Positions 18,984-28,887 of a DNA stretch of 36,943 nucleotides are shown here, in pieces. A program made the translations under genes and the position numbers. A model generated the notes under the pieces. That model was not told where the DNA came from. It did not search any database and saw nothing but the letters and a program-made list of their open reading frames with translations. The stretch is from Candidatus Poribacteria bacterium (GTDB lineage Bacteria > Poribacteria > WGA-4E > UBA9662), in the NCBI GenBank assembly GCA_046582655.1, contig JAYGDX010000221.1:1-36943 (forward strand), written 5' to 3'. How positions within the stretch are numbered: position 1 is the stretch's first letter; each line of letters opens with the position of its first letter.

Positions 18984-19754
18984 ATGAATCTTGAACTTCA
19001 GGATAAAGTGGTTATGATTACTGGTGCTAGCCGCGGAATTGGGAAAGCAATTGCACTTGGTTTTGCAGAGGAAGGAGCACAATTGAGTATCTGTGGGAGG
19101 ACACAGGAAACGTTGACAAAAACCGCAAAGGAGATAGAAACTCATGGCGTCGATGTTTTAAGCACAGTTGCTGACGTTACAGACGGTGAGGAGGCTAAAG
19201 CGTTTTTTACCCATACATTGAACAAGTATGGAAAAATTGATGTGTTGGTTAATAACGTTGGTGGGAGCCGTTTGACGCCACCACTTGAAATTTCTGATCA
19301 GGAATGGCATCAACTGCTTGATCTCAATCTAATTTCTGCTGCTCGAATGAGCGGACTTGTCATCCCGGTAATGCAAAAGCAAAAAGGAGGGGTTATTATC
19401 ATGATCTCTTCTATCTATGGTCGTGAGGGGGGAGGCCATATCACCTACAATGCCGCTAAAGCGGCTGAAATCAGTATGGCCAAGTCATTAGCACGCGAAT
19501 TCGCCCAGGAGAATATTCGGGTCAACAGTGTTGCGCCAGGTTCAATTGCGTTTCCCGGTGGAGTTTGGGCTCAGCGACAGAAAGAAGATCCGGAAAAAAT
19601 CGCTAAATTTGTCAAGAGCGACATGCCATTGGGGCGATTTGGCAAACCGGAGGAGATTGCTAACGTAGTGGTGTTTTTAGCTTCTGAACGTGCTAGTTTG
19701 GTTACCGGTGCTTGTATGAATGTCGATGGTTGTCAATCGAAGTCAAACATTTAG
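18984..19754 (+). CDS. Short-chain dehydrogenase/reductase (SDR)
   Basis: TGASRGIG, NNVG, ISS, YNAAK (YxxxK), NSVAPG, PLGRFG.PEE. The start MNLELQDK has GGAG upstream; the ORF track starts at 18942. Confidence 0.93.
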   Translation: MNLELQDKVVMITGASRGIGKAIALGFAEEGAQLSICGRTQETLTKTAKEIETHGVDVLSTVADVTDGEEAKAFFTHTLNKYGKIDVLVNNVGGSRLTPPLEISDQEWHQLLDLNLISAARMSGLVIPVMQKQKGGVIIMISSIYGREGGGHITYNAAKAAEISMAKSLAREFAQENIRVNSVAPGSIAFPGGVWAQRQKEDPEKIAKFVKSDMPLGRFGKPEEIANVVVFLASERASLVTGACMNVDGCQSKSNI

Positions 19755-20114
19755 GTTCTGATCAAACTCAAGCCATACTGCTTTTCCCTCTTGATTGTGA
19801 GCCTTACTCCAACACTCAGGATAAATAATCATGAAGCATCTTAATCTAATGGAACATCTGTTTTTCAACATTGTTGTTAGAATGCCGGATCTATGTACCG
19901 AAGAAAATCCAATACTATATGATATAAACAGCAGTTAGGCTATGCCTAGTAACGAACTCATGAAATTGTTGCCAAAAGCTGGAGGATCACCAAGAGATCG
20001 CCAAGTTCATCAACGCTCACTAGTCCGAAACTCAACCCGAGAAGTAACAGGAGTCAGTCAAAATAAACCAAAAACCTTTGACTTATTAATTAAGTAGATG
20101 TCATCACCATCTTG

Positions 20115-20132
20115 GTTCATTAATCACTGAAC
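20115..20132. promoter_or_regulatory. Palindrome GTTCA-N8-TGAAC, candidate operator of the downstream GbsR/MarR regulator
   Basis: The inverted repeat lies between a TTGACT box (20078-20083) and the regulator start. Its function is inferred from position only. Confidence 0.35.
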
Positions 20133-20168
20133 TTATTGTACTAAAAAGGCAAGATTAAAAATGTTTAC

Positions 20169-20557
20169 ATGATAGAACATGAAAAACATATTGAAGAAGC
20201 AGGACTATTTTACGAACAATGCGAGCTTCCAAAAATGGCAGGAAGGATTCTTGGGTTTCTATTATGTTCAGAGAGAGAACATAACTTTGAGCAGATTAAA
20301 GAAGCATTTAAAGTGAGTAAAGGCTCTATAAGCAGAGTAATACCGAGGTGGTTGATCGCTCAGTGATTAGCAGGGATATAAGTCAAAAAGCATCGAAAGA
20401 TAGTATGTATCAGGGTATGGATAATCAAGAGGGCTTCCATATTCATGCCTGCCGATTTATATCGTAAGGCCCAGAAACTAATAGTAACAGAGAAAAACAG
20501 AACGAGATATGAGAAATGATAGACTTCTATCAGTTTCTGGAAACAGTGTTATTATAA
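20169..20557 (+). pseudogene. GbsR/MarR-family transcriptional regulator, decayed
   Basis: The N-terminal IEEAGLFYE..LPKMAGRILGFLL...EQI..F.VSKGSIS HTH stops at 20366. A C-terminal relic EMIDFYQFLE is readable at 20513-20557 in another frame. Confidence 0.72.
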
Positions 20558-20634
20558 TCACGTGACAAGTAAAAAGACACTTGTTAGAATCGTGAGAAAT
20601 AAGTAAGCGAAGAGGGCAAAAGATTGAGTAGCCA

Positions 20635-21744
20635 ATGTTGTTTATGAAAAATAGAGTTATATATTTGCTCATGATTTCAGTAACCAGCACGCTTTTCGCT
20701 TCGATGTCGGAAATAAGATTGGGTGGGAGGTTTTCAGGATGGGGTCAAGTAACCGCGTATGGTTCAAACCCCATGAATCTGGGGGGCAGGTATATTCCAT
20801 CCATGGAGGCAGAAATATCACCTCAGTTTGATACTGAACTTGCGGGCAACTGTTACGCATCCTTATCATCTGATTATACGGATGAACCCGTTTATAGTAA
20901 ACAAGTTAAGCCTTACCGTATGTGGATTCGTTACACTACACCTCGTTTTGAATCGAGACTGGGACTGCAGAAAATCAATTTTGGTCCGGCCAAAATCCTG
21001 AGATCGCTTATGTGGTTCGATTGGCTTGATCCGAAAGACCCGCTACAATTCACCGAAGGCTTGTATGGGTTGCGGTTACGGTATGATTTTCAGAATAATG
21101 CTAATGTCTGGATTTGGGGACTCTACGGAAACGATGGTCCCAAAGGCTGGGAAACACTGCCTGCCAAAAATAAGATGCCTGAAATTGGTGGACGGGTGCA
21201 GCACCCAGTAGGAAATGGTGAACTAGCTTTTTCCACTCATCATCGAACCGTCAATACGATCGGTGAAGGAACAGCTGAAACCCGGATTGGCTTGGATGGT
21301 ATGTGGGACATTGGGATTGGTGCATGGTTTGAGTCCACCCTAGTATACGCTGATCTTGAAGGAGACGGTCTGAATTGGCAATCGTTCCTGACGCTAGGTG
21401 CAGATTATAGTATCCCTTTGGGTACTGGTCTAAATGTAATGATTGAACACATGATGCTAGCCGTGGGCAGTTCCCCATTCGGCGATCAAAACAATTCTAA
21501 TGTTTCTGCTTTTTCAATTTCTTATCCCTTAGGAATTATGGATAGACTTTCCTTTTTCAGCTATTACCATTGGGATTCAGACATCCCATTTCATTTTTTA
21601 AGCTGGCAGCGAACCTACGATCAATGGGGCATTTATATCAGCGGTTACCAGACATCAAAAGCCAATGACACTCCCATGGTTGACGAAGGAGCCGTGGCAA
21701 TGGGAAACCAGGGTATCCAATTGATGGTCATCTTCAATCATTGA
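20635..21744 (+). CDS. Exported hypothetical protein, probable outer-membrane beta-barrel associated with the ABC/LolA-like operon
   Basis: Signal peptide, Gly/aromatic-rich alternating strands, and an RLGLQKINFG..D.LDP.DP segment. First gene of a co-oriented 5-gene cluster. The fold is inferred. Confidence 0.65.
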   Translation: MLFMKNRVIYLLMISVTSTLFASMSEIRLGGRFSGWGQVTAYGSNPMNLGGRYIPSMEAEISPQFDTELAGNCYASLSSDYTDEPVYSKQVKPYRMWIRYTTPRFESRLGLQKINFGPAKILRSLMWFDWLDPKDPLQFTEGLYGLRLRYDFQNNANVWIWGLYGNDGPKGWETLPAKNKMPEIGGRVQHPVGNGELAFSTHHRTVNTIGEGTAETRIGLDGMWDIGIGAWFESTLVYADLEGDGLNWQSFLTLGADYSIPLGTGLNVMIEHMMLAVGSSPFGDQNNSNVSAFSISYPLGIMDRLSFFSYYHWDSDIPFHFLSWQRTYDQWGIYISGYQTSKANDTPMVDEGAVAMGNQGIQLMVIFNH

Positions 21745-21795
21745 TAATCAACCTCAGTATTCGATTATGAAACTCAATAAAGAAGGGGGCGAAAC

Positions 21796-22497
21796 ATGGA
21801 CAATTCAGTCTTAATTGACGTCAGGCATCTGGTAAAAACTTTTCCCATGGAGAAACATAATTTCACCGCTCTGAATAAAATCAACCTGAAGTTCAAAACA
21901 GGTGAATTTACCGGTTTGGTTGGTCCCAGCGGCTCTGGTAAGACAACCCTATTGAATGTCATCGGTAGTCTTGACGCCCCTACCGAAGGAGAGGTGCGCG
22001 TCCTGGGACAATCGCTGGACGACCTTAATCCCAAAAAAGCGGCTAACTTTCGTAACAGGTACCTTGGCTTCATTTTTCAAACCTATAATCTACTGCCGGT
22101 CTATAACGTCTATGAAAATGTAGAATATCCCCTACTGCTGCTGAAGATGCCGGCGGCGGAACGCAAAAAAACCGTACTGCAATCACTGGAGTGGGTGGAC
22201 TTAACAGACAAAATAAAGTCTCGACCATCGCAACTTTCAGGAGGAGAATGTCAAAGAGTGTCCATTGCCCGCGCCATGGTAAAAACACCGAAGATTGTAT
22301 TGGCGGATGAACCGACAGCCAACCTGGATGCCGAGAATTCCCATCACATCCTTCAAACCATGTTAAAGCTGAATCAGAATTTGAAAACCACCTTCATTTT
22401 TGCCACCCACGATGATAAAGTCATCCAGTATTTGCGGCGAAAGATCCGCCTGGATGACGGTCAGGTGGTCGGCGATGAAACCATCACCAATCATTAA
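21796..22497 (+). CDS. ABC transporter ATP-binding protein, LolD/MacB-like
   Basis: Walker A GPSGSGKT, GFIFQTYNL, LSGGECQRV, Walker B VLADEPTANLD, H-loop ATHD. Confidence 0.95.
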   Translation: MDNSVLIDVRHLVKTFPMEKHNFTALNKINLKFKTGEFTGLVGPSGSGKTTLLNVIGSLDAPTEGEVRVLGQSLDDLNPKKAANFRNRYLGFIFQTYNLLPVYNVYENVEYPLLLLKMPAAERKKTVLQSLEWVDLTDKIKSRPSQLSGGECQRVSIARAMVKTPKIVLADEPTANLDAENSHHILQTMLKLNQNLKTTFIFATHDDKVIQYLRRKIRLDDGQVVGDETITNH

Positions 22498-22510
22498 TGG
22501 GGAGAACGTC

Positions 22511-23683
22511 ATGTTAGCCTTAAAGTTAGCTTTTCGAAACCTCATGGGGGCCCGTCTGCGCACCTGGTTGAATGTTTTCGTTTTATCGCTTTCCTTTCTG
22601 GTGATTATCTGGAACAAGGGCATACTGAACGGCTGGGACCAGCAAGCCCGGCGTGATACGATCGAATGGGAAATCGGTGGCGGTCAATACTGGCAGGAGA
22701 ATTATGATCCCTACGACCAATTTACGCTGGACACAAGTCACGCCCCATTGTCGGATGCCACTCAACGCTCCGTTGAATCTGGCAAACTGACCCCTATCCT
22801 TATTTCGCAGGGGACCATCTATCCGAAGGGGCGTGTCCAGACTGTGTTGCTGAAAGGTCTCGACCCCAATCAGCAAATTGTAAAACTGCCCTCCGCTCAC
22901 CTGAGCGACAAGGGGGATGAAATAGCAGCCATCATTGGTGAACGCTGCGCCAAAGCCAATAAGCTGAAATTCGGCGACTCTGTCACCGTTCGCTGGCGGG
23001 ATGCTCATGGAGCCTTCGACGCGACTGAAGTCCGAATCGCCCATATTTTTAAGACCAATGTGCCGACACTAGACACAGGCGTGCTGTGGCTTCCTCTAAC
23101 CAGGCTGCAGAAAATGATGCAACTCCCGTCGGTAGCCACCCTCCTGGTTACTGCTCAGGAGACCGGTTTTGGTGGGGTGATTGCCGGCTGGGAATTTAAA
23201 GATCACTACTTCCTGTTGACCGAAATCCGCGAGATGATTGAAATGAAATCCGTCGGCGGAAATATTGCTTTTGCTATCTTAATGTCGCTGGCCATGCTGG
23301 CCATTTTCGATACTCAGGTCTTTTCCATCTTCCGGCGTCAGAAGGAGATTGGCACCCACATCGCTCTGGGCATGACCCGACAGCAGGTCATTGGACTATT
23401 TACGATCGAGGGTGCCTTCTATTCGGTACTGGCTGCCATTCTGGCAGCGATATACGGCATTCCGTTATTAGGCTACCAGGCCTCGGTCGGCTGGCGCATG
23501 CCAGCCGGGACCGACGACTACGGAATAACCATTGCAGAAACGATTTACCCCAGCTACAGCTTGGGACTGGTTGTCAGCACCACCCTGATCGTTTTAGTTA
23601 CCACCACCATTGTCAGTTATCTGCCGGCCAGACGGATTGCTAAAATGAAACCGACCGACGCCATCAGGGGGAAAATACAATGA
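22511..23683 (+). CDS. ABC transporter permease, FtsX/LolE/MacB-like
   Basis: MLALKLAFRNL start after GGAG, one N-terminal TM, a large periplasmic loop, RRQKEIGTHIALG, and a C-terminal YLPARRIAKMKPTDAIR. Confidence 0.92.
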   Translation: MLALKLAFRNLMGARLRTWLNVFVLSLSFLVIIWNKGILNGWDQQARRDTIEWEIGGGQYWQENYDPYDQFTLDTSHAPLSDATQRSVESGKLTPILISQGTIYPKGRVQTVLLKGLDPNQQIVKLPSAHLSDKGDEIAAIIGERCAKANKLKFGDSVTVRWRDAHGAFDATEVRIAHIFKTNVPTLDTGVLWLPLTRLQKMMQLPSVATLLVTAQETGFGGVIAGWEFKDHYFLLTEIREMIEMKSVGGNIAFAILMSLAMLAIFDTQVFSIFRRQKEIGTHIALGMTRQQVIGLFTIEGAFYSVLAAILAAIYGIPLLGYQASVGWRMPAGTDDYGITIAETIYPSYSLGLVVSTTLIVLVTTTIVSYLPARRIAKMKPTDAIRGKIQ

Positions 23684-24954
23684 TCAAATTTCTGCTAAAG
23701 GGATTGCTTCGCGATCGCCAACGCAGCCTTTTTCCGGTACTGATTGTCACTATTGGTGTATGGATAACTGTATTTCTGCAGGCCTACATCCAGGGCATTT
23801 TCACCACCCTTATCGACTCTACAGCCCGATTCTCCACCGGGCACGTCAAGATAATGACTCGGTCCTACGCCGAAAACGAAGACCAAAAACCCAACGATCT
23901 GGCCCTAATCGGGACTGGTAAGATGATAGCCGAATTGCAACAGCAGTATCCGACCATGTCATGGGTTCAGCGGATTCAGTTTGGCGGGTTGCTGGATGTG
24001 CCAGACCAAAATGGTGAAACCCGTTCCCAAGGACCGGTGGCCGGCATGGGGGTTGACTTGTTGTCGCCTGGCAGCATAGAGGCGTCGCTGCTGAACATAG
24101 AAAAATCAATCGTCAGGGGACGGATGCCACAAGAACCAGGCGAAATCCTGATTAGTGATGACTTGGCCCGCAAGCTGGAAATAGAGGTGGGCGAAACCGC
24201 CACCTTGCTGGGTTCCACCATGCATGGCAGCATGACCTTTTACAATTTTACCGTGGCGGGGACACTTCGTTTCGGCATAATTGCCATGGACCGTGGGGCC
24301 ATGATTGCCGATATCACCGATGTTCAACAGGCTTTGGACATGGCAGATTCAGCAGGGGAAATTCTGGGCTACCTGCAGAACTGGATCTACAAGGACGAAA
24401 AAACCGCTCGCTTGGTGGAGCAGTTCAATGTCAGCTACAGCGAAGTGGAGGACGAGTTCGCACCAGTCATGGGGAATCTGAAAGAATTGAGCAATCTGAG
24501 CGAATACCTGGAATATGGCGAATACGTCTCTGGTATTCTAATCTTTGTCTTTGTTTTGGTCATGTCGATTGTATTGTGGAATGTTGGCTTACTGGGCGGA
24601 TTGCGCCGATACACAGAGGTCGGGATCCGCTTGGCCATCGGTGAGGACAAAGGGGATGTCTACCGTGCCATGATTTATGAGTCAGTACTGATCGGCCTAA
24701 TCGGTAGCATCATAGGCACGGGTTTCGGACTGGGATCAGCCTACTGGTTGCAGGTCAAAGGTTTTGATATCAGTTCGATGTTAAAAAATGTGAATATGAT
24801 GTTCCCGTCTGTCCTGCGGGCCTCCATCAGCAGTGAGACTTTTTATATCGGTTTTTTTCCCGGTCTGTTCTCAACCGTTCTGGGAACGGCTCTGTCCGGG
24901 ATTGGCATCTACAAACGCCAAACAGCGCAACTGTTTAAGGAGTTGGAAGTCTAG
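23680..24954 (+). CDS. ABC transporter permease, FtsX/LolE/MacB-like (second subunit)
   Basis: ATGA overlap with the previous gene; GRMP..GEILI..LA.KL..VG, RRYTEVGIRLAIGE, three C-terminal TM segments. Confidence 0.92.
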   Translation: MIKFLLKGLLRDRQRSLFPVLIVTIGVWITVFLQAYIQGIFTTLIDSTARFSTGHVKIMTRSYAENEDQKPNDLALIGTGKMIAELQQQYPTMSWVQRIQFGGLLDVPDQNGETRSQGPVAGMGVDLLSPGSIEASLLNIEKSIVRGRMPQEPGEILISDDLARKLEIEVGETATLLGSTMHGSMTFYNFTVAGTLRFGIIAMDRGAMIADITDVQQALDMADSAGEILGYLQNWIYKDEKTARLVEQFNVSYSEVEDEFAPVMGNLKELSNLSEYLEYGEYVSGILIFVFVLVMSIVLWNVGLLGGLRRYTEVGIRLAIGEDKGDVYRAMIYESVLIGLIGSIIGTGFGLGSAYWLQVKGFDISSMLKNVNMMFPSVLRASISSETFYIGFFPGLFSTVLGTALSGIGIYKRQTAQLFKELEV

Positions 24955-25007
24955 ACACCTGATGGAAAATGTTGTCCCCCGAAAATTGATCGCAGTATAA
25001 GGATGCA

Positions 25008-25754
25008 GTGATGAGAAAAACAGTGTTGATTTTGATCAGTATGTTGGCTTTTCCGGTATCGGGATGGATGCAAGAACCAACAGGGTTGGAGATCTTGAAG
25101 CAAATCGACCAGAATACCATTGCTGATAATCGTTCAGTTACCTCTACCATGATTATTCACGGTCGGCGCGGCGACAGAACCATGACCTCCAAATCCTGGG
25201 TGGCGGGGACCGAAAGATCCTTCAGTGAATACCTGGCTCCAGCTCGGGAAAGGGGCACCAAGATGTTAAAACTGGGCAATCAATTATGGATTTATTCACC
25301 ACAGTCTGACCGTATCATCCGTATTGCTGGTCATATGTTGCGTCAATCGATGATGGGCTCAGACTTTTCCTACGAGGACATGATGGACGATCGAAGTCTG
25401 GTTGCCACTTACAGTGCGGAAATTGTAGGCTCTGAGCCCATTGGCGACCGCCAATGCTGGGTGCTGAAGCTGACGGCCAAAATGAAAGACGTGCCCTACC
25501 ATGCCCGAAAAATGTGGGTGGACAAAGAACGGATGTTAGCCCTGCAGGAGAACCGTTTTGCCAAGAGCGGCAAGCTGCTGAAAACCGCCAAGGTACATGA
25601 AGTATTCCAAGTCAATCAACGCTGGTATCCCAAGCGGATGGTCTTCAAAGACATATTGTCTAAGGGCAAGGGTACCGAATTGATTATTGAGTCGATTGAA
25701 TTTGACGTGGAAATCCCCAAACATATTTTCTCAAAAGCGGCACTCAGAAAGTAG
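25008..25754 (+). CDS. LolA-like outer membrane lipoprotein-sorting family protein
   Basis: Signal peptide, APARERGTKML, LWIYSP..RIIRI, MMGSDFSYED, WVDKE, F.KSGKLLK, IFSKAAL. Confidence 0.85.
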   Translation: MMRKTVLILISMLAFPVSGWMQEPTGLEILKQIDQNTIADNRSVTSTMIIHGRRGDRTMTSKSWVAGTERSFSEYLAPARERGTKMLKLGNQLWIYSPQSDRIIRIAGHMLRQSMMGSDFSYEDMMDDRSLVATYSAEIVGSEPIGDRQCWVLKLTAKMKDVPYHARKMWVDKERMLALQENRFAKSGKLLKTAKVHEVFQVNQRWYPKRMVFKDILSKGKGTELIIESIEFDVEIPKHIFSKAALRK

Positions 25755-26330
25755 GCTTAGGTACATGTGACTATTTCGTTAATCCTAAGCTGTCAAGTCG
25801 CTAGATCAAATAAAATTGCAGGCCTGTTTTGCTCCTGGTGGTCTCAAGATGGTCTTCCTACTCCCATGTAATAGAATTTGTTCGAACAGCTCTCTTTGAT
25901 CGGGGCTTCGGCTGTACTTTTCCCTAAGGTAATGACGGCCAGTAGTTCAACCCTGAGGATTGTATCCGGTGGATGCCAGCCCAGGGTGTCATCCCAGTCT
26001 AGTTCAAACCAGTATGGAAAATACATGTGGATTTGGGTTCTTAGCTTCTCACTGGTTGATGATGCTGCGTTATGCTGTTTTGGAATTTGGTCTTTTCCAT
26101 TTTATCTGGTTATGGATACGCATATCGGTGATTTGCATCAGACTTTGCTTAGTCTTGTTAACAGGGAGATCCCACAAGCTGATTTGCTCTGGATGTGCTT
26201 GACCCACCATTAATAACGCCATATGCTTGCGCATTTACTGGAGGTCGGATAGAATGGACATGCTAGCAATTTGATAGTCTATGTTGCTTGGCACAACTTT
26301 TTTGCAGTAATAAAAAGGAGATTGGCTGTA

Positions 26331-27215
26331 ATGTTCACTGATGCACAGTTGGCACAGTATGAGGAACAAGGAGCTGTGACCATCGATAGTCCCTTCACAA
26401 CAGAGCAACTGGACCGAGCGGAGGCAGCATGGGACCGGTTGAAGAAAAATGGTGATGAACCATATGAGGACCCGGATTACATTGAAGTCATTCAGCACCC
26501 GTACTTCGAAGAGGTCGCCAAAAAGCTACTGCGTGCCCAGGCGGTGCACCTATGGTGGGGCCTAGCTCCACATGAGCGAGCCTCGGCCAAACCCCCATAC
26601 GCCAACAGCCGCGATCAGTGGGCGAGTGGATGCCACGTAGACATTCAGGCAACACTAGAAGACTTCGAAGCGACCCCTCGCCGGATGCGTGCCGAACTGT
26701 GGTTCTGGCTCAACGACGTACCAACACACCGCGGTGCTATGCGCATCCTGCCCGGTAGTCATCGCTCCATTATGGAACACTGGAGTCGGGTACTTCAGCC
26801 CGAACACAAAGCCCAATTGCCTCGCGTACACGGTTTGCGGCCAGCTCCTGTCCCAGAGAACGCAGCTGCTTTTCCGGAGTACATTCCGGATATGGGTGTT
26901 CCCCCCTGGACCGAGCGCGAACCGATCCCCGTAGTGGCGCGCCGGGGGCAGATCTTAGTACTCTGTAGCGCCGGATTGCACTCGGCATGGCAGAATGAGG
27001 ACACCGTGCCTCGTAAGGCGATGGGAACGTCATGGGTAGCCACGGGAGTGCCCTGCGGGCTACCAAAGAATCAGCGTGATGCTGTAATGGCGTTCCTTCC
27101 CAAGCTACGGAGCAAACTGCGGTCGGAGCGCGCCCACATCGTGCCAGATAATTTTGACTGGCTGTTCGAGAGCAACTACCAGCCAAAGTGGGCGGAGACA
27201 TTTCTTCCATCCTAG
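26331..27215 (+). CDS. PhyH-family dioxygenase (GC-rich, divergent)
   Basis: MFTDAQLAQYEEQG start after AAGGAG; CHVD (HxD), WLNDV...GAMRILPGSH, GQ..LHSA, RKA. The ORF track starts at 26271. Confidence 0.85.
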   Translation: MFTDAQLAQYEEQGAVTIDSPFTTEQLDRAEAAWDRLKKNGDEPYEDPDYIEVIQHPYFEEVAKKLLRAQAVHLWWGLAPHERASAKPPYANSRDQWASGCHVDIQATLEDFEATPRRMRAELWFWLNDVPTHRGAMRILPGSHRSIMEHWSRVLQPEHKAQLPRVHGLRPAPVPENAAAFPEYIPDMGVPPWTEREPIPVVARRGQILVLCSAGLHSAWQNEDTVPRKAMGTSWVATGVPCGLPKNQRDAVMAFLPKLRSKLRSERAHIVPDNFDWLFESNYQPKWAETFLPS

Positions 27216-27794
27216 TTAGGGGATTGCACAGCGGACTAGAGGCGTAGAATGTCGTCCACCGCTGTCCCTCAGCTGCAAGTCGGCCTATAGGTTGGGCGTA
27301 CGAATGAGCGGGAGACCTTGGCACGACAGATCGCTATAACCAAGATCATCGGTGAGGACGATGTTTGGACGTGTGGGCTGTGTGCGCATGGTTTGGATGG
27401 GCCTTAAATTTTCACCGCCTGAGCGTAACGAACCGTCGAGGCAATCAGATTCAGTATTTTCTGTTGATGATTAGTCTTTCGACCTTCTGTTCTTTGGTTT
27501 CACATCCATCAATCCACATACCAAGTAACCCAACAGAGACGAACACATTACAAGTGTTAGGCTGATTGGTTTATTCATTTTCTCGTTGACTCGTTAAGGC
27601 GCATCCATATGCTACATGCCTATTCTCTTTCATACAGCCAATCCCCGTACCATTATCAGGGGATCCCACAGTCCTGATTCAACCGTTTGCCATCGCTGAA
27701 AAGCAGGGGATATCCCTGCCAGTCCACCCCAGGCTCACGATCTCTAGCTGACAGTTCATGGTGTAGGCGCTGAGCTAACTTACGGATGTTGGCT

Positions 27795-28775
27795 TCAGAG
27801 TTCGATGGGCATCCCTGTAGCACTTGATTGCTTAACAGCCCGACAAATAGCAACCGCTTTCATCCCTGAATGACCATCCGCCAGAGGTATTGCACCAGTC
27901 TCGATACAGTCGACAAAATGTTCGATCTCCGCTCGAAATGAATCGAAGTTTGGAAAACTCTTTTCCTCAACCTGATCTGGATGTGAGCGAAAACTGTAGC
28001 GGATAGTGTCGGCACTATCGAATTTGCCTTTTACCTCAGCTACTCCAGCAGAGGTTGCCACATAGTAGTCCTCAAAGTTAAATTGTGATGTCGAAACCAT
28101 GCCTGCGTTAACCATACCGATGGCACCGCTAGCAAAACGAAGTGTATAAACGGCGCAATCAATTTGCGACCTGCGGTCGGCCAGGAGATTCCCTCCCTCG
28201 GCGTAAACGCGTGTAACGTCGCCCATAAGGAATCCGAGAATGTCAGCAGCGTGAACCGCATTTTCCAGAATTGGCCCGCCGCCGTCATCTTCAGCCCAGA
28301 ACCAATCGCGATTCGACGTTCCCGGATGTGGGTATCGATGGACTATATACTGGATGGGCCCAAAGTCTCCCTCGGAGATCTCTTTCAACCGCTGGATGGC
28401 AGGCAGAAACCGTTTTTTATGACCGATTTGCAGAACCACCGATTGGCGAGAGCAGATATCAATCATCGCTTGACAATCACTGACGGTACTGGCCATCGGC
28501 TTTTCGCACAAGACATGAATCCCACGGTCTGCTACCTGCTGCGTGATTGACAGATGGGATTTCGGTGGTGTGCAGATACTGATCGCTTGCAGGTCTTCCT
28601 TGTCCAACATCTGCTCTACATTCCTATACCCGTTAATTTGGCAGGACTTAGCAACCTGTGCCAGCACTGTTGAATCGAGGTCGCAAACGCTAACCAATTC
28701 CGCTATCTCTAACCATTTATTGATATGGATACGACCCACACCAGCCAACCCAATTACACCAACTCTCATTTTCAT
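27795..28775 (-). CDS. Gfo/Idh/MocA family oxidoreductase
   Basis: VGVIGLAGVG Rossmann motif, ICTPP..H, VLCEKPMA, GHKKRF, GGGPILENAVHAAD. Confidence 0.93.
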   Translation of the reverse strand: MKMRVGVIGLAGVGRIHINKWLEIAELVSVCDLDSTVLAQVAKSCQINGYRNVEQMLDKEDLQAISICTPPKSHLSITQQVADRGIHVLCEKPMASTVSDCQAMIDICSRQSVVLQIGHKKRFLPAIQRLKEISEGDFGPIQYIVHRYPHPGTSNRDWFWAEDDGGGPILENAVHAADILGFLMGDVTRVYAEGGNLLADRRSQIDCAVYTLRFASGAIGMVNAGMVSTSQFNFEDYYVATSAGVAEVKGKFDSADTIRYSFRSHPDQVEEKSFPNFDSFRAEIEHFVDCIETGAIPLADGHSGMKAVAICRAVKQSSATGMPIEL

Positions 28776-28810
28776 CCTCTGCTAACACAACAACTCTCAT
28801 ATAGAGGATG

Positions 28811-28839
28811 ATTATATAAAGAGTTGTGGAAGAACGCAA
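28811..28839 (-). promoter_or_regulatory. Putative sigma70 promoter for the Gfo/Idh/MocA gene
   Basis: The minus strand reads TTGCGT-N17-TATAAT, about 35 nt upstream of the start codon. Confidence 0.6.
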
Positions 28840-28887
28840 CAAAAGTGAGAAGTCAGCATCTCTTAGCAGGTAGAAAGAAGATAGCAA

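Noticed and set aside
22400..22510. N-terminal extension of the first permease in the ORF track
   Set aside because: It overlaps the ATPase gene. ATG 22511 has a GGAG RBS and gives the family-typical start MLALKLAFRNL.
25780..26270. Short ORFs on both strands (60-111 aa) between the LolA-like gene and PhyH
   Set aside because: No family motif or RBS recognised in any frame. It may be a decayed gene, but I cannot support a call without BLASTX.
26770..27324. 184-aa minus-strand ORF
   Set aside because: Antisense shadow of the GC-rich PhyH gene; Arg/Pro/Ala-biased composition typical of non-coding frames.
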